Shown here: one piece after another, positions 9,337 to 19,152 of the stretch
How positions within the stretch are numbered: the stretch's first letter is position 1
Layout of the letters: the number at the start of each line of letters is the position of its first letter
Assembly (NCBI GenBank): GCA_913063435.1
Contig: CAJXYI010000004.1
Span: 3-64,002 of the forward strand
Direction of reading: 5' to 3'
Length of the DNA stretch: 64,000 bases
Origin: an uncultured Actinomycetales bacterium
GTDB taxonomy: Bacteria; Actinomycetota; Actinomycetes; S36-B12
Notes under the pieces: generated by a model
What the model was told of the DNA's origin: nothing
The model's input: only the letters and a program-made list of their open reading frames with translations
Databases searched by the model: none
Made by a program: the position numbers and the translations under genes

Positions 9337-10482
9337 CTAGATCCAGTCCGATCGTTTGAACGCTCGGTAGAGTATGAGGCAGATGCCCGCCATGACAGCG
9401 AGCACGAGCGGATAGCCGAAACTCCAGTGCAGTTCCGGCATTTCGTCGAAGTTCATGCCGTAGATTCCCGCAATAGCGGTGGGCACAGCGATGATGGCCG
9501 CCCATGCGGCGATCTTTCGCATATCCCGATTTTGCTGCAGATCCTGACGCGCGGTACTGGCCATCAGCATCGTCATCAATGCGGTGTCGTAGGCATCGAC
9601 CATGTCGTTTGCGCGCAGGACATGGTCGCCAATATCTTGGAAGAATGATTGCAGGGGAGTGGGAATACCCGGTTGGAATCCCTGGGTGAGCCGGGTGGCG
9701 ATAGGCAGCAGCGGACGAACCGCTCGACGCATCTCGATATTCTCGCGGTTCAAGCGATAGATCCGAGATGCCAGGTCAGCGGGAATCTCTGCGAAGAGAT
9801 CCTCCTCTATCTGTTCGATCTCCGACTCTATGGATTCACCGACCTCGAGATAGCCGTCAACGGCGATATCAGCAATGGCCCAGGCGACGCTCATGGGCCC
9901 TGCGCCATGGAGGTCGGCGTTCTCACGAAGACGTTGTCTAATCTGGGTCGTGTCGAATCCGGTCCCGGTCAAGCGGGTGACCGCGTAGCCGGGACCGATG
10001 AAGACGGCAACCTGGCCCGTCTCGACATCTTGGGTCTCGGCGATCCAGATCAAGGATTTGAGGATGAAGAACACTTCATCCGGGCGTGATTCGATCTTCG
10101 CCCGCTGCTGAGGCGATACTGCATCCTCGAGAAGGAGATCGTCTAGACCGACGATGTCCGCCACCTGGTCGATCTCCGAATCGCTCGCGTCATCCAGCGA
10201 TACCCACGCGAACGAGTGACGCCGAGGATCATCCTGTTCGGTCGCGGAGCGCGCAGCTGTCACCGATTCAGCAAGCACAGTCAAGGCATCCGTCGAATGA
10301 TGCTCACCGCCCTCGGGAGCCGATGAACTGCCCAAAACCGGAGCGGCGATAAGTCGAATCACCCCTCCATTGTGCCGAGAGGTCTCCACTCTGAGTGGCA
10401 ACTTGTTCGTAATGCCATGCACCACACCATCGAAGGACCGCCTACGCTTGGCCGGGTGACGGTTGTCTTCCTGGTCAGGCAT
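9337..10482 (-). CDS. corA: CorA-type magnesium/cobalt transporter
   Basis: C-terminal YGMNFDEMPEL motif followed by two TM helices, with a long soluble N-terminal domain. The start is uncertain because the annotated ATG overlaps the divergent phosphatase gene start. Confidence 0.85.
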   Translation of the reverse strand: MPDQEDNRHPAKRRRSFDGVVHGITNKLPLRVETSRHNGGVIRLIAAPVLGSSSAPEGGEHHSTDALTVLAESVTAARSATEQDDPRRHSFAWVSLDDASDSEIDQVADIVGLDDLLLEDAVSPQQRAKIESRPDEVFFILKSLIWIAETQDVETGQVAVFIGPGYAVTRLTGTGFDTTQIRQRLRENADLHGAGPMSVAWAIADIAVDGYLEVGESIESEIEQIEEDLFAEIPADLASRIYRLNRENIEMRRAVRPLLPIATRLTQGFQPGIPTPLQSFFQDIGDHVLRANDMVDAYDTALMTMLMASTARQDLQQNRDMRKIAAWAAIIAVPTAIAGIYGMNFDEMPELHWSFGYPLVLAVMAGICLILYRAFKRSDWI

Positions 10483-11151
10483 GGACGAACGAGTGCCAAC
10501 ACCGCCGGCGTGCTTGCCGGTTGGACACCCGGTGTTCAGCTAGATGACGTAGGTCGGGAGCAAGCCGCCCATGTCGGGCAGACACTGTCGGGGATTCGCC
10601 TCAAACAGATCATCGCCAGTCCCCTGGACCGCACGGTGCAGACAGCGGAGGCCATCTTGGACGCTCAACGGGGGCGCGCCGATATCGCACTCGACGCCAG
10701 ATTGGGAGAATGCCACTACGGCACCTGGTCGGGAAAGAAGCTCAGCCAACTGAGCAAACGACCGCTGTGGCGGACGATCCAGTCGAACCCTAGTGCCGTG
10801 AGGTTCCCCGGCGACCAGGGTGAATCACTCGTTGAGATGCAGTCCCGCGCGGTTTCGGCGATTCGCGAATGGAACGACCTACTGGGAAGAACTGCATCCT
10901 ATGCGGTCGTAAGTCATGGCGATGTCATCAAATCGATCCTGGCTGATGCTTTGGGTATGCACCTGGACATGTTCCAAAGGATCGTGGTCGACCCCGGCTC
11001 CATCTCTGTGATCCACTACTCCGACGGAATGCCGTTAGTGGAACGCATCAACGACCGGATAGGTCCGGGTGCTTCCGTGTCCGAAGCCCCTCGAAAACCC
11101 GTCGTCGGCGGTGGTTCCGGGACCGCCGCCAGCCCACGGAACACGGGCTAG
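10456..11151 (+). CDS. histidine phosphatase family protein (MSMEG_4193-type putative phosphomutase)
   Basis: GTG 10456 gives VTVVFLVRHGRTSANTAG (RHG catalytic motif). Context with the DUF3090 and SCO1664 partners and mshC matches a cassette remembered from TIGRFAM descriptions. Confidence 0.75.
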   Translation: MTVVFLVRHGRTSANTAGVLAGWTPGVQLDDVGREQAAHVGQTLSGIRLKQIIASPLDRTVQTAEAILDAQRGRADIALDARLGECHYGTWSGKKLSQLSKRPLWRTIQSNPSAVRFPGDQGESLVEMQSRAVSAIREWNDLLGRTASYAVVSHGDVIKSILADALGMHLDMFQRIVVDPGSISVIHYSDGMPLVERINDRIGPGASVSEAPRKPVVGGGSGTAASPRNTG

Positions 11152-11160
11152 ACTCGTCGG

Positions 11161-11706
11161 GTGTCCCGTGATATTCGCATATTCTCCACACCGCAGCGTG
11201 TCGTCGTGGGGACCGTCGGTCTCCCCGGGGAGCGAATCTTCTATCTGCAGGTCGACCAGGATCAGTCGCGTGTGTGGATCCGAGTGGAGAAGCAGCAGGT
11301 GGCCACACTCGCCGAACAGATGCAGCGGATCGTGGCAACGCTGATGGATCAGGGGATCGACGTCCCACCTATGAGCACCCGAGACGATCGCCCGCTGGAC
11401 ACACCCATCGAGGAGGACTTCATCGCCTCAGCCATCGGACTCGGCTGGGATGAGGACAACGAACGGGTCGTCGTCGAACTGCACGCTCTCGGGGAGTCCG
11501 AACCGGCCGACTTCGGTGATGATGACCCCGATGCTGCAGACACCGTGCGAATCGAGCTGACGCTGCCACAGACTGCCTCGTTCGCAGAGCGCACGCAGGC
11601 TGTCGTCGCAGCCGGACGTCCGACATGCCCGCTGTGCCAGCTTCCACTCGAGCCGACCGGCCATATTTGTCCACGTGCCAATGGCTACCGTCGACACTCA
11701 GCGTAG
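11161..11706 (+). CDS. DUF3090 / three-Cys-motif partner protein
   Basis: 181-aa ORF with a C-terminal CPLCQLPLEPTGHICPRANGY three-Cys motif. It sits immediately upstream of the SCO1664-family gene. Confidence 0.7.
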   Translation: MSRDIRIFSTPQRVVVGTVGLPGERIFYLQVDQDQSRVWIRVEKQQVATLAEQMQRIVATLMDQGIDVPPMSTRDDRPLDTPIEEDFIASAIGLGWDEDNERVVVELHALGESEPADFGDDDPDAADTVRIELTLPQTASFAERTQAVVAAGRPTCPLCQLPLEPTGHICPRANGYRRHSA

Positions 11707-11712
11707 GAACCG

Positions 11713-12552
11713 GTGACTTCGAAGACGACCGAGGGAGATCCCCAAGGTCTCGCGAACCTGCTCGCCCAGGCCGACCTGACAGTCGAGGGGCAACTCAGCG
11801 GCGCATCGAATGCGACGCTGCTGTGTTGGGTGGATGATCGCCGCAACGATGATCCGTTGAGCGATGAGCCGATCAGGTGCGTCTACAAGCCCAAACGCGG
11901 TGAACGTCCCCTGTGGGACTTCCCAACGGGGACCCTCGGGCGACGGGAGGTTGCAACCTACCTGCTAGCGGAGTTGATCGGCTGGGGCTCGATACCGGTC
12001 ACGGTATGGCGTGAGGATGGTCCGTTCGGGCCCGGCATGTGCCAAGCCTGGATCGAAGCTAATTCAACGCGACCAGCGGTCGATGTTGTGACACCCCGCG
12101 AGGTCCCAGAGGGCTGGCGGGTCGTGCTGGAGGCGCAGACATATGACGGCCAGGATGTCGTCTTGGCACATGAGGACTCCGAGGAATTGCAGCGGATCGC
12201 GGTATTGGACATCATCACGAACAATGCCGACCGCAAGGGAGGACATGTCTTGCGAACCCCACTCGGGAATCCCCAGGGCATCGACCACGGGCTGGCTTTC
12301 CATGTGGAACCGAAGCTTCGCACGGTCCTGTGGGGTTGGGCGGGAGAGCCACTCGATCCTGCGATCCTGCGCGATCTGAAGGCCCTGGTGTCGATCCTGG
12401 AGGACAGGCCCCAACACAGCACCGAATTCGGTCACTACATCAGCGAAAGCGAATACAGCGCACTCCTGGGCCGAATCACCCACCTGCACGACACCGGGAG
12501 GTTTCCCGACCCCGGACCCGAGCACCCGGCTCTGCCCTGGCCTCCGATGTGA
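11713..12552 (+). CDS. SCO1664 family protein (PI3/PI4-kinase-like fold)
   Basis: 279-aa ORF. NADRKGGHVL and IDHGLAF blocks resemble kinase catalytic and activation-loop motifs. Conserved position between DUF3090 and mshC. Confidence 0.65.
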   Translation: MTSKTTEGDPQGLANLLAQADLTVEGQLSGASNATLLCWVDDRRNDDPLSDEPIRCVYKPKRGERPLWDFPTGTLGRREVATYLLAELIGWGSIPVTVWREDGPFGPGMCQAWIEANSTRPAVDVVTPREVPEGWRVVLEAQTYDGQDVVLAHEDSEELQRIAVLDIITNNADRKGGHVLRTPLGNPQGIDHGLAFHVEPKLRTVLWGWAGEPLDPAILRDLKALVSILEDRPQHSTEFGHYISESEYSALLGRITHLHDTGRFPDPGPEHPALPWPPM

Positions 12553-12627
12553 GGATCGCGAACAGGGGATGCTCCGTGGCCGTGGATCCAGGAGATGGCA
12601 ACTGCATTGAATCGATAGGCTGAGTCA

Positions 12628-13884
12628 GTGCAGTCGTGGCCGTCACCGGAAATCTCGGATATCCCGGGATCCTCGCCACCGTTACGCCTTTTCGATACCG
12701 CTACGGCGATGGTCCGGCCCACCACGCCGGGCGACACGGCTCGGATGTACGTCTGTGGGATCACGCCCTACGACGCAACCCATCTCGGGCATGCCTTCAC
12801 CTACTTGACCTTCGATATCGTCCAGCGTGTCTGGCGAGACGCCGGTCACCAGGTGCACTACGTGCAGAACGTCACCGACATCGACGATCCGTTGCTCGAG
12901 CGTGCCGTTTCACTTGGCGAGGATTGGCGGGAGATCGCCCTCCGCGAAACGGAACTGTTCCGCTCCGACATGACGGCATTGAAGGTCATTCCACCGGACG
13001 ACTATGTCGGTGCGGTCGAATCCATTCCTTCGATCGTCGACATCATCCACGACCTCAAACGCACGGGTGCGGTCTACGCGGTCGATGACGACTGGTATTT
13101 CGATGTGCAGCAGTCGCCGAGGTTCGGTGAGATCAGTGGGCTTGATTCACAGGAGATGGTGGCGTTATCGGCTGAACGTGGCGGAGATCCCGACCGACCG
13201 GGAAAGCGACACCCTCTCGATCCGCTGATGTGGCTCGCTCAGCGCCCCGATGAACCGGCATGGGACACGACACTCGGCCACGGTCGACCGGGATGGCACA
13301 TCGAGTGTGTGGCCATCGCCCTCGACACGATCGGGATGGGATTCGATCTTCAGGGAGGGGGCCGTGACCTCATCTTCCCGCACCACGAAATGGGGGCGGC
13401 CCACGCGGCTAGCCTCACCCGGACATGGCCCTTTGCGCGCCATTACGTTCACGCCGGGATGGTCGGCTACGACGGCCACAAGATGAGCAAGTCCCGGGGT
13501 AATCTCGTTTTCGTCTCCGCGCTTCTGCGATCGGGCGTCGATCCCGATGCATTGCGTGTCGCCCTGCTCTCGCATAGATATCGCGAGGATTGGGAGTGGA
13601 TGGATGGTGACCTCGACGCAGCCACCTATCGCCTGGCGCAGTGGCGCGAGGCCGTGCTGAGCCGAGCAACGACAGGGGCGTCGGCTGCGATAGAGCACAT
13701 GAGACAGCGGCTTGCCGATGATCTCGATACACCTGGCGCCTTCGCCATCCTCGACTCGTGGGCGCGCGCACGCAGTCGCGCCGACGATGACGGCGAACGA
13801 GACGGGGCCCAGATGTCCGCCTTCGCCAACGCACTGCTGGGAATCGACCTAGATCGAACCAACGGTCATCGCGTAGTGCACTAA
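12628..13884 (+). CDS. mshC: cysteine:1D-myo-inosityl 2-amino-2-deoxy-alpha-D-glucopyranoside ligase (mycothiol ligase)
   Basis: Class I aaRS-like HIGH (DATHLGHAF) and KMSKS (HKMSKSRGN) motifs in a 418-aa CysRS paralogue lacking the long anticodon-binding tail. The actinobacterial context fits. Confidence 0.8.
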   Translation: MQSWPSPEISDIPGSSPPLRLFDTATAMVRPTTPGDTARMYVCGITPYDATHLGHAFTYLTFDIVQRVWRDAGHQVHYVQNVTDIDDPLLERAVSLGEDWREIALRETELFRSDMTALKVIPPDDYVGAVESIPSIVDIIHDLKRTGAVYAVDDDWYFDVQQSPRFGEISGLDSQEMVALSAERGGDPDRPGKRHPLDPLMWLAQRPDEPAWDTTLGHGRPGWHIECVAIALDTIGMGFDLQGGGRDLIFPHHEMGAAHAASLTRTWPFARHYVHAGMVGYDGHKMSKSRGNLVFVSALLRSGVDPDALRVALLSHRYREDWEWMDGDLDAATYRLAQWREAVLSRATTGASAAIEHMRQRLADDLDTPGAFAILDSWARARSRADDDGERDGAQMSAFANALLGIDLDRTNGHRVVH

Positions 13885-14738
13885 CCCTCCGGGGTGTCAC
13901 CGCGGCGGCGCAGATATCTTTCGAATTCCCGCGCGATGGCTTCACCGCTGGCCTCCGGGAGGTCAACGGCATCACGGGCCTGCTCGAGTTGCCGCACATA
14001 ATCGGCAACCTCGTCATCCTCTTCTGCCATTTCGTCCACGCCGAGTTCCCAGGCACGGGAGTCTTCGGGCAGGTCCCCCAGGGGAACGGGAACATCGAGC
14101 AGATCTTCGACACGTCGAACCAGTGCAAGGGTGGCCTTCGGTGAGGGGGACTGCGCAACATAGTGCGGTACCGCTGCCCATAGGGATACCGAGGGAATCC
14201 CTCGCCGATGGCAGGCATCGTGTAGGACTCCGATGATCCCGGTCGGTCCTTCGTAGTGTGATGGCTCGACACCGAGCGCCGCCGCCACTCGACCATCTGT
14301 GGCAGTCCCGGTGACCGGAACCGGTCGAGTGTGGGGGCTGTCGGAAAGCAGCGCCCCGAGGGTCACGACCAGGGTCACATCGAGTTCGCCGGCAAGCCGG
14401 ATGATCTCCTCGACGAACTGCCGCCAGCGCATATTGGGTTCGATGCCGTGAACGAGGATGACGTCCCTCGTAGCGAGGGGAAGCCGGGCAACATGGAGGC
14501 GCGTCGTGGGCCAGGTGAGCTCCTTGACACCCGTTTCATCCATCCGGATGAAGGGCCGATTGACCTGGTAGTCGTAGTAGTCCTCGGAATCCAGCTCAGC
14601 GAGCGGGGTCGCCCCCCAGACCTCCCGAAGATGGTCGATGGAGTCCGATGCCGCTTCTCCAGCGTCATTCCAACCCTCGAAAGCGCACACGAGAACCGGA
14701 TCGACGAGTTCAGGGAGCGTCTCGAACTCGATCACCAT
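13881..14738 (-). CDS. PAC2 (proteasome assembly chaperone 2) family protein
   Basis: The [21 protein letters not shown] block is typical of bacterial PAC2 proteins. I chose the internal ATG 14738 because a strong SD (GAGAGGAGG) lies 5 nt upstream. The ORF-track start is 14780. Confidence 0.75.
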   Translation of the reverse strand: MVIEFETLPELVDPVLVCAFEGWNDAGEAASDSIDHLREVWGATPLAELDSEDYYDYQVNRPFIRMDETGVKELTWPTTRLHVARLPLATRDVILVHGIEPNMRWRQFVEEIIRLAGELDVTLVVTLGALLSDSPHTRPVPVTGTATDGRVAAALGVEPSHYEGPTGIIGVLHDACHRRGIPSVSLWAAVPHYVAQSPSPKATLALVRRVEDLLDVPVPLGDLPEDSRAWELGVDEMAEEDDEVADYVRQLEQARDAVDLPEASGEAIAREFERYLRRRGDTPEG

Positions 14739-14935
14739 CCGCCTCCTCTCGATAGCCGACCCGCTCGACGGTGTCCCCATCGGACACCGACACTGGTGTT
14801 GTCCGTCTCCCGGCGAATCCAGGCCTCAGCGACACGATGAGTAGCCGTCGCTTCAGCCTACGCGTCCGGGGGCACTACCCTGGCAGCACCATGTCAGTGC
14901 CAGATATTTCCCACGCGTTCCTGCGAAGGTCTCAG

Positions 14936-17900
14936 ATGCCAAACCAGTCATCGCTCGCTGATGCCCTCGCCACGCGAGTCGTGATCGCAGACGGGGCTAT
15001 GGGAACCATGCTGCAGGCTCACGACCTCGGCCTTGCCGATTTCGAGGGTCACGAGGGTTGCAACGAGATACTGAACGTCACTCGACCTGACATCGTCGAA
15101 TCCGTTCACGACTCCTATTTCGCCGTCGGTGTGGATTGTGTCGAGACCAATACCTTCGGTGCCAATCTGGCCAATCTGGGGGAGTACGGCATCAGCGATC
15201 GGATCGCCGAGTTGGCCGAGGCGGGGGCCCGTATCGCCAGGCGATCCGCCGATCGGTGGAGCACACCCGAGAGTCCGCGCTGGGTTTTGGGTTCGATGGG
15301 ACCGGGAACCAAACTCCCCACCCTGGGTCATGAGAGTTACACGACATTGCGCGACGCCTATGCCGAACAGGCAGCAGGGCTCATCGACGGCGGTGTGGAT
15401 GCCCTCCTGATCGAAACGGCACAGGATCTGCTGCAGGCGAAGGCCGCGATCAACGGTGCCCGGATCGCGCTTTCGGAGGAGCACCGTCGCATCCTGCTCA
15501 TCGTCCAGATCACCGTCGAGACCACGGGGACGATGCTGCTGGGAACGGAGACGGCGGCGGCGATCGCCGCTCTTGAGCCGCTGGGAATCGACGTTATCGG
15601 TCTCAACTGCGCGACGGGGCCTGCGGAAATGAGTGAACACCTCAGGACTCTGTCCCGTTCGACGCCATTGGGGCTGTCCTGCATGCCCAACGCAGGACTG
15701 CCTGTCCTTACCGCCGACGGTGCGCACTATCCCCTCACCCCCGAGGAACTCGCCGATGCGCACGAGGTGTTCGTCCGTGACTATGGACTGGGTCTCGTGG
15801 GTGGTTGCTGCGGGACGACACCGGAGCACTTGGCTGCCGTCGTGGAGCGCGTCGGTGGATCGTCGCTATCCGAGCGCGAAGCCCTACGCGAGCCGGCGGT
15901 GTCCTCCCTGTATCAAGCGGTACCGCTGCGACAGGAAGCGACGTACTTGTCCATCGGTGAGCGGACCAATGCCAACGGAAGCAAGGCCTTCCGAGACGCG
16001 ATGCTCGATGGCGATATCGAAGCCTGCATCACGATCGGCAAGGACCAAGTCCGCGATGGTGCACACACGCTGGACCTATGCGTCGATTACGTCGGTCGAG
16101 ACGGTGTCGCCGACATGTCGACGCTCGCCTTCGAATTCTCGACCGCCTCGACGCTGCCGTTGGTTCTGGATTCGACGGAGCCCGAGGTCATTCGCGCCGG
16201 GCTCGAGCGTCTCGGTGGTCGATCCATCGTCAACTCCGTCAATTACGAGGACGGTGATGGTCCAGATTCCCGACTGCGTCGCATCATGCCCCTGGTCATT
16301 GAACACGGTGCCGGTGTCATCGCCCTCACCATCGATGAGCAGGGGCAGGCGCGCACCGCGGATTGGAAGGTCGCTGTCGCCGATCGCCTCATTCACCAGC
16401 TTCGCGATGAATTCGGGCTGGCTGTCGCGGACATCCTGGTCGATCCGCTGACCTTCCCGATCGCGACCGGCCAGGAAGAGACCCGCCGTGATGGCATCGA
16501 GACCCTCGAGGCCATCGATCGGATCACGGCGATGCACCCGGGCGTTGGAACGGTCCTGGGCCTGTCCAACATCTCGTTCGGGTTGAATCCCGCGGCGCGA
16601 CAGGTGCTGAACTCCGTGTTCCTGCACGAAGCCATGAATCGGGGACTGACAGCCGCCATCGTGCACGCCTCCAAGATCCTGCCCATGAGCAAGATCGACG
16701 ATGACCAGCGACAGGCAGCGCTCGATCTGATCTACGACAGACGTGAATACGACTCGAGTGGTGTGTGCATCACGGATCCGCTCTCGAAATTCCTCGCGAT
16801 GTTCGAGGGTGTCGATTCCCGCTCCAGCGCCCAGACCCGTCTCGAGGAGCTTGCCGCGCTCCCTCTCAACGATCGACTGCAGCGTCGGATCATCGATGCC
16901 GAGCGCAACGGCCTGGTGGACGATCTCGACGCCGCCCTGCTGGATTCCGATGCACTCGAGATCGTCAACGACACTCTTCTGCCGGCCATGAAGACCGTGG
17001 GAGATCTGTTCGCATCAGGTGAGATGCAGTTGCCCTTCGTGCTGGCGAGCGCGGAGGTGATGAAGGCGGCCGTGGCCCACCTCGAACCCCATATGGAGAA
17101 GGCGGATGAGGAGGGCAAAGGCACCATCCTGCTCGCTACGGTCAAGGGGGATGTCCACGACATCGGGAAGAACCTCGTGGACATCATCCTGTCGAATAAC
17201 GGATATTCCGTCGTCAACATCGGTATCAAGCAGCCCATCGGTGCCATCATCGACAACGCCATCGAACATGAGGTCGACGCCATCGGCATGTCCGGGCTTC
17301 TCGTCAAGAGCACCGTGATCATGAAGGAGAATCTGGAGGAATTGAACGATCGGGCACTCGCCGAAAGGTTCCCCATCATCCTGGGCGGTGCGGCCCTCAC
17401 GCGCGCATATGTCGAGCAGGACCTGGCTGCGGTCTACGAGGGGGAGGTCCGCTACGCCCGAGACGCCTTCGAGGGACTGAGCCTGATGGACGCCATCATG
17501 GCGGTCAAGAGAGGTGAGCCGGGTGCGACGCTTCCGCAGCGGCGAGAACGACGAGTTCCCCAGCGCGCTTCGGCGGGTCGTCGCGACACTCCACCGGAGT
17601 CACAGGAGGTAACCCGTAGCGATACGGCCACCGATAACCGTCTTCCGCAGCCTCCCTTCTGGGGTTCACGGATCGTCAAGGGAATCTCACTCGCCGACTA
17701 CCAGCCGTATCTGGATCATCGAGCGCTCTTCCTGGGGCAGTGGGGACTGAAGCCCACCCGGGATGGCGATGGATTCGACGCGATCGTCGAACGTGAGGGG
17801 CTTCCGCGACTTCGGTACTGGCTCGACCGGATCCACACGGACGATCTGATCACCCCCGCGGTGGCCTACGGATACTTCCCCGCCGTGGCCGAGGGCAATG

Positions 17901-18436
17901 ACCTTGTCATCTTGAATGACGACAGGAAAACTGAGCGCACGCGCTTCAGTTTCCCCCGCCAAGCCCGTGGCAAGCGACTGTGCCTTTCGGACTTCTTCCG
18001 CTCACGAGATTCCGGCGAGGTGGATGTCGTCGCATTCCATCTCGTGACCATGGGCGCCAAGGTCGATGATGCGACGAGTGCCCTGTTTGCCGCTGACGCC
18101 TACCGCGATTACCTGGAACTGCACGGCCTGACCGTGCAGCTGACCGAGGCTCTGGCTGAAATGTGGCACGCGCGGATTCGCGAGGAGTTGGGATTCGCTG
18201 CAGAGGATGATCCGGACATGCGCCAGCTCATCAGCAAACAGGGCTATCGAGGCTCGCGGTACAGCTTCGGGTATCCAGCCTGCCCTGACCTGTCACAGCA
18301 GAAGATGCTGATGGAACTGCTCGAGGGTGAACGCATCGGCGTGAGCCTGTCAGAGGAATTCCAGTTGCAGCCCGAGCAGTCGACGACCGCCATCATCGTT
18401 CATCACCCAGAAGCGAAATACTTCAACGCCACATGA
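14936..18436 (+). CDS. metH: cobalamin-dependent methionine synthase
   Basis: 1166 aa from ATG 14936. It has homocysteine- and pterin-binding barrels, a B12-binding DxHxxG motif (GDVHDIGKN) and a C-terminal AdoMet activation domain. The upstream 55 codons of the ORF look non-coding. Confidence 0.95.
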   Translation: MPNQSSLADALATRVVIADGAMGTMLQAHDLGLADFEGHEGCNEILNVTRPDIVESVHDSYFAVGVDCVETNTFGANLANLGEYGISDRIAELAEAGARIARRSADRWSTPESPRWVLGSMGPGTKLPTLGHESYTTLRDAYAEQAAGLIDGGVDALLIETAQDLLQAKAAINGARIALSEEHRRILLIVQITVETTGTMLLGTETAAAIAALEPLGIDVIGLNCATGPAEMSEHLRTLSRSTPLGLSCMPNAGLPVLTADGAHYPLTPEELADAHEVFVRDYGLGLVGGCCGTTPEHLAAVVERVGGSSLSEREALREPAVSSLYQAVPLRQEATYLSIGERTNANGSKAFRDAMLDGDIEACITIGKDQVRDGAHTLDLCVDYVGRDGVADMSTLAFEFSTASTLPLVLDSTEPEVIRAGLERLGGRSIVNSVNYEDGDGPDSRLRRIMPLVIEHGAGVIALTIDEQGQARTADWKVAVADRLIHQLRDEFGLAVADILVDPLTFPIATGQEETRRDGIETLEAIDRITAMHPGVGTVLGLSNISFGLNPAARQVLNSVFLHEAMNRGLTAAIVHASKILPMSKIDDDQRQAALDLIYDRREYDSSGVCITDPLSKFLAMFEGVDSRSSAQTRLEELAALPLNDRLQRRIIDAERNGLVDDLDAALLDSDALEIVNDTLLPAMKTVGDLFASGEMQLPFVLASAEVMKAAVAHLEPHMEKADEEGKGTILLATVKGDVHDIGKNLVDIILSNNGYSVVNIGIKQPIGAIIDNAIEHEVDAIGMSGLLVKSTVIMKENLEELNDRALAERFPIILGGAALTRAYVEQDLAAVYEGEVRYARDAFEGLSLMDAIMAVKRGEPGATLPQRRERRVPQRASAGRRDTPPESQEVTRSDTATDNRLPQPPFWGSRIVKGISLADYQPYLDHRALFLGQWGLKPTRDGDGFDAIVEREGLPRLRYWLDRIHTDDLITPAVAYGYFPAVAEGNDLVILNDDRKTERTRFSFPRQARGKRLCLSDFFRSRDSGEVDVVAFHLVTMGAKVDDATSALFAADAYRDYLELHGLTVQLTEALAEMWHARIREELGFAAEDDPDMRQLISKQGYRGSRYSFGYPACPDLSQQKMLMELLEGERIGVSLSEEFQLQPEQSTTAIIVHHPEAKYFNAT

Positions 18437-19119
18437 GTCTTCGAGCGCTCCTGTGGGACCTCGACGGCACCCTTTTGGACACCGAGCATCTGTGGCTCCA
18501 GGCAGAGACTGACGTGATGGCCGTCCACGGCTACGAGTGGTCAGCGTCCGACCAGCGACACTGCCTCGGCGGTCCGATCGAACGGGTCACGCGCTACATG
18601 TCCGAGTGCATCGCGGATGACACGTCCACGCAATTGCTCGCTGCAGAATTGCTCGATGCCATGGAGCATCACCTGCGTACACAGGACCATGCCTGGCGTC
18701 CGGGAGCAGTTGCACTGATCCAACAGGCGCGCTCAGCTCAGATGGGATTGGCGCTGGTCACCGCGTCGCATCGACGTCTGCTCGATGCCCTCGACGTCAC
18801 CCTCGAACACAACCTGGCCCAGGCTCTCGGTGGTGAGCCGCCGGTCTTCAGCGTGACAGTCGCCGGAGACGAAGTCCATGCCACGAAACCCGATCCGACC
18901 CCCTATCTCGAGGCGGCACTTCGGTTGGGCGTGGACATCGACGAATGCGTCGTCATCGAAGACTCACCCACGGGAGTGAGATCAGGCTTGGCCAGTGGAG
19001 CACTCGTCGTCGCCGTGCCCCACCTGAATCCCATCGAGCCGGCTCCTCGATGTCGCATCGTGACATCCCTGGAGGACGTGGGCCTGGACACGTTGCGTGC
19101 GTGGCATGCCGACAGCTGA
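18433..19119 (+). CDS. HAD superfamily hydrolase (phosphatase / beta-phosphoglucomutase-like)
   Basis: LWDLDGTLLDTE (DxDGT) motif I and the later KPDP and EDS motifs. ATGA overlap with the metH stop. Confidence 0.8.
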   Translation: MSLRALLWDLDGTLLDTEHLWLQAETDVMAVHGYEWSASDQRHCLGGPIERVTRYMSECIADDTSTQLLAAELLDAMEHHLRTQDHAWRPGAVALIQQARSAQMGLALVTASHRRLLDALDVTLEHNLAQALGGEPPVFSVTVAGDEVHATKPDPTPYLEAALRLGVDIDECVVIEDSPTGVRSGLASGALVVAVPHLNPIEPAPRCRIVTSLEDVGLDTLRAWHADS

Positions 19120-19152
19120 CAGTACATCGCCGGTTGGCGAGGAAGGTGAGTC

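Noticed and set aside
14892-14899. Exact TGTCAGTG, matching the upstream half of the PafBC-associated RecA-NDp motif, before metH
   Set aside because: As I remember the motif, a TANNNT follows 8 nt downstream, but here that position reads TTCCCA. An 8-mer is expected to occur once or twice by chance in 64 kb on two strands. metH is not a known DNA-damage gene.
14771-14935. 55-codon N-terminal extension of metH, and a possible riboswitch (B12/SAM/SAH) in the PAC2-metH divergent spacer
   Set aside because: The extension lacks coding character, and MetH homology begins at ATG 14936. I found a GGTGTCC-N5-GGACACC hairpin (14770-14788) but could not recognise a B12-box or SAM/SAH aptamer consensus by eye. 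An Rfam scan would be needed.
13415-15829. Two 293-aa minus-strand ORFs (13415..14296 and 14948..15829)
   Set aside because: They are out of frame with or antisense to mshC/PAC2 and metH respectively. Their Arg/Pro/Trp-rich composition is typical of high-GC non-coding frames.
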